41,876 bases of DNA from positions 1-41,876 of the forward strand of contig JAFCCW010000006.1 of NCBI GenBank assembly GCA_017609985.1. Reading direction: 5' to 3'. Within the stretch, counting starts at the first letter, position 1. Each line of letters starts with the position of its first letter. The notes under the pieces are model-generated. The model had not been told where the DNA came from, did no database searches, and saw only the letters and a list, made by a program, of their open reading frames with translations. Source of the DNA: Candidatus Iainarchaeum sp. Lineage in GTDB: Archaea; Iainarchaeota; Iainarchaeia; Iainarchaeales; JAFCCW01. This document shows positions 37,880 to 41,876 of this stretch, piece after piece. The position numbers were made by a program, and so were the translations under genes.

Positions 37880-38482
37880 TTATTTCCCAACCGCCTTCAA
37901 GATATACTTTTCAAACGGAATCCTGCCATAAACAATGCCTCTTCCGGCAAAGTGCGAGAGCACATGTTCTCTATCATAGCCAATTTTGACGCAAAGCTTT
38001 GCTGAAAGAATGTCTGCAATAAGCTCTTCTGCCTGCTCTTCACTCATTTTGTTGTTTATGGCAAAATCAGAAATAGCAGCTTTTTCAAAGTGACCATACT
38101 CGTGAGCCAAGGTGAAAACACCATCAATCGAGAGCTTGTCGCCATCAAACACGTGTTCGCTTGGCAGGTTAATGTAATGGCTTTTAACAAGAAATCTTTG
38201 CTCTCCCTTCTGCACTATCTGTATCTGGTGTACGTGCTCTCCCTTGGTTACGCTCCCGAAAATTCTTCCCCCTGCCCTGAAAATTGTTTCACGAATAGAG
38301 CGCCTGGGATAAAAAACGATAGGGGTTTCCCTGATGTTCTGCTGCATTATTCTGTATAGGTCCTGTGTGCTTCTGTCCTTGGTTTCTCTGGAAAGATCAT
38401 CAAGTGCTTTGGCAGCATTTTTTCGGAATCCGTCAAGTGCCTTTTTTCTCTTCTTTGTGAGAACACGGTTTTTGAAAAACAT
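37880..38482 (-). CDS. Hypothetical protein with HExxH zinc-metallopeptidase-like motif
   Basis: FTLAHEYGH followed by EELIAD; basic N-terminus. Confidence 0.7.
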   Translation of the reverse strand: MFFKNRVLTKKRKKALDGFRKNAAKALDDLSRETKDRSTQDLYRIMQQNIRETPIVFYPRRSIRETIFRAGGRIFGSVTKGEHVHQIQIVQKGEQRFLVKSHYINLPSEHVFDGDKLSIDGVFTLAHEYGHFEKAAISDFAINNKMSEEQAEELIADILSAKLCVKIGYDREHVLSHFAGRGIVYGRIPFEKYILKAVGK

Positions 38483-38606
38483 TCCAGAAAGAATAAGTTG
38501 TTTGTTTATTTAATCCTTTTTCATTGATTTCACCACGATTTTCGAATCTATGCTGGTTTTTATGGGTTTCTTTATTCATTTATGTATAATTAACCTATTT
38601 AGTCTG

Positions 38607-39662
38607 GTGATAACTCTGAAAACAATTCTTGCTATTGGTGATGAGAAAGATTTTGATTCTTTTCAAAAGTTTTGCAGACAGGCAAAGCGCTTCAAAAAGA
38701 AGAATTTTTCCATCAAAAGCGTTAGCTATGATTCTTTTTTGAAGGGAAAACTTCCAAAAGTGAAGTCAAAAAGCATCATAGTGCTCTTTTTCTTTCCCTT
38801 TGAGTACTGGGACAAGCATATTGAAACAAGAAAAAGCAGGGAAGTTTATGGCAACAGAAAATATTACCTCAAGTTCAGGAAGTTCTGGAAGGAAATGGAC
38901 TCAAAATTAAGCGAATTCTATTCAGACAAGAAAATAAACTTTGTAAACCCTCCTGGAAAAATTTATCTTGAAAGAGACAAGGAAAAGACAAACACTGTTT
39001 TTGCAGATGCAGGAATCCCTGTTTCAAGACATTATTCTACAAGAAACCATAGAAAGATTTTAAGGCTGGTTGACAATGGAAAAAAGCTCTTCATAAAGGT
39101 AAGATATGGCTCGATGGGAAAGGGAATTACTTATCTTGAGAAAGACCGCTGGTTAACAAACTTTTCCTTCAAGAAAGGCAGAATACTGAGCAAGAAATCA
39201 GACTATGGCTGGACATTTAAGGATATTACTGACAACAAGCCTTTCCTAAGAGAGCTCTTGAAACAGGATGTTATAGTAGAAGAAGCAATTAATCCATTTC
39301 TTTTAAAGGGCAGAATGTTTGACTTAAGGCTTTATGTCTGCTTTGGAAAAGTCCTCTATGTTTATCCAAGAAGCAATGAATGCGACAAGGTAACAACAAA
39401 TATTTCTCAGGGGGCAAAAGGAGAAAACTCTGCTTTTGTTCACAGCATTCCCCCGCTCATACTGAAGAGAGCAGAAAAAAATGCGCTGAAAACTGCAAAA
39501 GCAATGAATTTGAAGTTTGCAGGAATTGACATCATGCCGAACAACGGCAAAAACAATGTAACCGTGATTGAAGCAAATGCTTTTCCAGGCTTTCCAAAAG
39601 CAAGAAAATTCAATCTTGCAAAACTATTGATAAAAGAAATAACCCTGCAGAAATGGAAATAA
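38607..39662 (+). CDS. ATP-grasp ligase (RimK/YheC-D-like); start uncertain
   Basis: VNPP...DK, FIKVRYGSMGKGI, IVEEAI, FDLRLY, TTNISQG, AGIDIM, VIEANAFPG. Confidence 0.88.
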   Translation: MITLKTILAIGDEKDFDSFQKFCRQAKRFKKKNFSIKSVSYDSFLKGKLPKVKSKSIIVLFFFPFEYWDKHIETRKSREVYGNRKYYLKFRKFWKEMDSKLSEFYSDKKINFVNPPGKIYLERDKEKTNTVFADAGIPVSRHYSTRNHRKILRLVDNGKKLFIKVRYGSMGKGITYLEKDRWLTNFSFKKGRILSKKSDYGWTFKDITDNKPFLRELLKQDVIVEEAINPFLLKGRMFDLRLYVCFGKVLYVYPRSNECDKVTTNISQGAKGENSAFVHSIPPLILKRAEKNALKTAKAMNLKFAGIDIMPNNGKNNVTVIEANAFPGFPKARKFNLAKLLIKEITLQKWK

Positions 39663-39687
39663 AAGATGACTAAGTAAAGGTGAGAAT

Positions 39688-40152
39688 ATGGAGATTAAAA
39701 AAGCTTCAATAGAGGATTTTGAACAGCTGATGAATCTCAAGCTAAAGCTCAAGGAATCAGAAAGAAAATTTCTTAAGGAAAGCCCTGAACTGAGCAAAGT
39801 AAGCGAGCACTTTGAAAAATATCTTAAAGAATATCTCTCCAAAGAAAACTGCGCTGTTTTTGCAGCAGTTCAAGAAAGCAAGTTAGTCGGAATGATTTCC
39901 GCAAAAACCTATTATGCGCTTCCAACACACGACTATGAAAAAAGAGGATATCTGAGCAATCTCTTTGTCGAAAAAGAATTCAGGAAGAAAAAACTCGGTT
40001 CAAAGCTTGCAAAAAAAGCAATCAACTGGCTCAAGAGTCAGGGGGCAAAGACAGCGCGCGGAGAAATTTACTGCGAAAACACTCCGTCAATTGAATTTTG
40101 CAAGTCGCTTGGCTTCAAAGAGTATTCGTTAAAAATATTCAAGGAATTATAA
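39688..40152 (+). CDS. GNAT-family N-acetyltransferase
   Basis: GYLSNLFVEKEFRKKKLGSKL, N..SIEFCKSLGF. Confidence 0.9.
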   Translation: MEIKKASIEDFEQLMNLKLKLKESERKFLKESPELSKVSEHFEKYLKEYLSKENCAVFAAVQESKLVGMISAKTYYALPTHDYEKRGYLSNLFVEKEFRKKKLGSKLAKKAINWLKSQGAKTARGEIYCENTPSIEFCKSLGFKEYSLKIFKEL

Positions 40153-41172
40153 TTTTTTTTCAATTCCAAACTCAAAGACACCTTCTTTAGTCATCAGGCC
40201 TGTTTCAAGCTCTTCTCCGTCAGCGACTTTCAAAACAAATTTTAAAATCATAGAACTCAGGTGCTCTGAAGCCTCTTTCGGGATTGCTGCAGGCAGGTTG
40301 TCAATGCAGACATGGGTTATTCCTTTTGTCTTGTAGGTTGGACTGCTCCACTTTGTAGGAACACAGGACTCAACTGCTCCTTTTTCATCACAGGAAATGT
40401 CCACAATCAGCGCGGTTTTCTTCATTAACTCCAGTTGCTTTACTGAAACAAGATGCGCTTCCCCTGGATTCCAAAGCACTCCGTTTACAAGAATGTCAAG
40501 CTCTGAAAGAAATTTTTCCATGTGCACAGTATCTTTTTCCAGGAGAATACTTGGCTTGATTCCAGCCTTTGCAAGAACCTCCTGTGCCCCCCTTGAAACA
40601 TGTCCGTTTCCCATTATCACTGTCTTCGGCTTTTTCTTAAGGCACAGCTTCTCCAACAAGGCATAGGCTTTCTTTTTTCTCACTTTCTTCATTTCAGGAA
40701 GCTCTTTGAAAGGGTTTTCCTCATTGTTCTTCTCTATTATTTCTCCGTAAACTCTCAGTCCCTTGTACATTCCCACGACTCCGCCTTCGTAGCCGAGGTT
40801 AACAAGGCGCTTTCCATTTGAATCTCTGATTTCTTCAAAAGCATAGCCTGTGACTCTCTTGTCAAGAAGCTTTTTCAGGAGTTTCGGACTCTGCATTTTT
40901 TCAACATGAAGATAAGCCATGAGAATCTGGTTTTTTTTCAGCCTGTCTATTGCCTGTGCCTTAACCTTTACAACCAGGTCATGCTTCCATGCAGAATTAG
41001 TTATCTTTGCGCCTGCTTTCAGATACTCGCTGTCAGGAAAGTCAGCCTGAGCCCCGGCTCCCGTTTCAAGGAACACTTTGTGTCCTGATTCAACAAGCTT
41101 TTTTACATCGCGTGGAACAAGTGCAACCCTGTTCTCTGCCTGCTTGCTTTCAACTGGAATAGCTATTTCCAT
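40147..41172 (-). CDS. AlaDH/PNT-superfamily oxidoreductase, lysine-ketoglutarate reductase/saccharopine dehydrogenase-like
   Basis: E.RVALVP..VKKL, ETGAG...FPDSEY..AGA, EEIRDSNGKRLV, GNGHVSRGA, IVDISCD, IDNLPAAIPKEAS. Confidence 0.82.
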   Translation of the reverse strand: MEIAIPVESKQAENRVALVPRDVKKLVESGHKVFLETGAGAQADFPDSEYLKAGAKITNSAWKHDLVVKVKAQAIDRLKKNQILMAYLHVEKMQSPKLLKKLLDKRVTGYAFEEIRDSNGKRLVNLGYEGGVVGMYKGLRVYGEIIEKNNEENPFKELPEMKKVRKKKAYALLEKLCLKKKPKTVIMGNGHVSRGAQEVLAKAGIKPSILLEKDTVHMEKFLSELDILVNGVLWNPGEAHLVSVKQLELMKKTALIVDISCDEKGAVESCVPTKWSSPTYKTKGITHVCIDNLPAAIPKEASEHLSSMILKFVLKVADGEELETGLMTKEGVFEFGIEKKL

Positions 41173-41308
41173 TCAATCTCCTAAATAAAAAAACAAGGAA
41201 AGGCATTTAAATGAGAGCAGATGCATCTATTGACTTATTATCTTGAATCAGTCTCGCATTCCTGCTTTTAGAACAAAAAATAAATAAGAGAAAGTTATTA
41301 TTTCTATA

Positions 41309-41728
41309 ATGCCTTCAAGACCAAAAAAAACACATTCTGCTTGCGGAGCCTGTCCAGTAAACTGTAGGATAAGCAATCCCTTTTTTGTTGAGCACAGGCA
41401 CAGAGTTAGTGAAAAACATCCTTATTGTGCTCATTTCAGATGCAGTGAAGGATACAGACTTACTAATGCAAGAATTCTAGAACGGCTGGATTATTCAACT
41501 GCTGAAGACGTAAAAATAGCAACTCCTTTGATGAAAACCGCTGAGGGTAGAGCAAGGCTTATTGACGTTACCTCAGACCACAAAAAAGGTTATGTAGACC
41601 TTCATGGAAATTTCTATACTCTAATCAATGACACTCCAACAAAAACAGGCCAGAAACTGACAAGCAGTCTGATGTTAAGCAAGTTAAGTGCGTTAAGAAA
41701 AAAAATTTGGCAAGGAAAGAAAGGCTAG
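41309..41728 (+). CDS. Cys/His-rich hypothetical protein, paralogue of 25567-25983
   Basis: CGACPVNC, HPYCAHFRCS, GYVDLHGNFYT, TGQK. Confidence 0.82.
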   Translation: MPSRPKKTHSACGACPVNCRISNPFFVEHRHRVSEKHPYCAHFRCSEGYRLTNARILERLDYSTAEDVKIATPLMKTAEGRARLIDVTSDHKKGYVDLHGNFYTLINDTPTKTGQKLTSSLMLSKLSALRKKIWQGKKG

Positions 41729-41729
41729 T

Positions 41730-41876
41730 TTACTCAAACTCGAACAGTTCCTCAATCCCTGCCTTCAAAGCCTTTGCAACGTCGTGAGCCAGCTTGAGAG
41801 AGGGATTGTACTTTCCCTGCTCGAGAAAGACAATTGTTTCCCTTCTCACTCCAACCTCTTTTGCCAGCTGTTCCTG
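41730..41876 (-). CDS. XRE/Cro-family helix-turn-helix regulator, 5'-truncated by the window edge
   Basis: Minus-strand translation [48 protein letters not shown]. Confidence 0.9.
   Translation of the reverse strand, partial: QEQLAKEVGVRRETIVFLEQGKYNPSLKLAHDVAKALKAGIEELFEFE

Overview
Archaeal chromosomal segment. Evidence for Archaea: TATA/BRE-type promoters with mostly leaderless genes, five tRNAs without encoded CCA, and a DUF211 + VIT1 pair. The gene style suggests a DPANN lineage such as Diapherotrites/Iainarchaeota (inference only). The window opens inside a very large LamG/beta-helix surface protein gene broken by two single-base frameshifts. Next come a complete trpEGDCFBA operon, housekeeping genes (rpe, nnr, guaA, thiI-like, argS, leuS, lemA-htpX), a RelA/SpoT homologue with a degenerate synthetase domain, a RelE-type toxin-antitoxin pair and several small orphan ORFs. 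The most striking element is the 146-nt trp leader (5823-5968). It holds a short uORF and two identical 18-nt cassettes, AGA AGG GAU UUA CUU UGG, resembling the prfB +1 frameshift site with a Trp codon in place of the stop. Only two successive +1 frameshifts at the Trp codons bring the ribosome to a UGA overlapping the trpE AUG (AUGA). This looks like a tryptophan-sensing tandem-frameshift switch. The frame arithmetic is read directly from the sequence; the mechanism is inferred.
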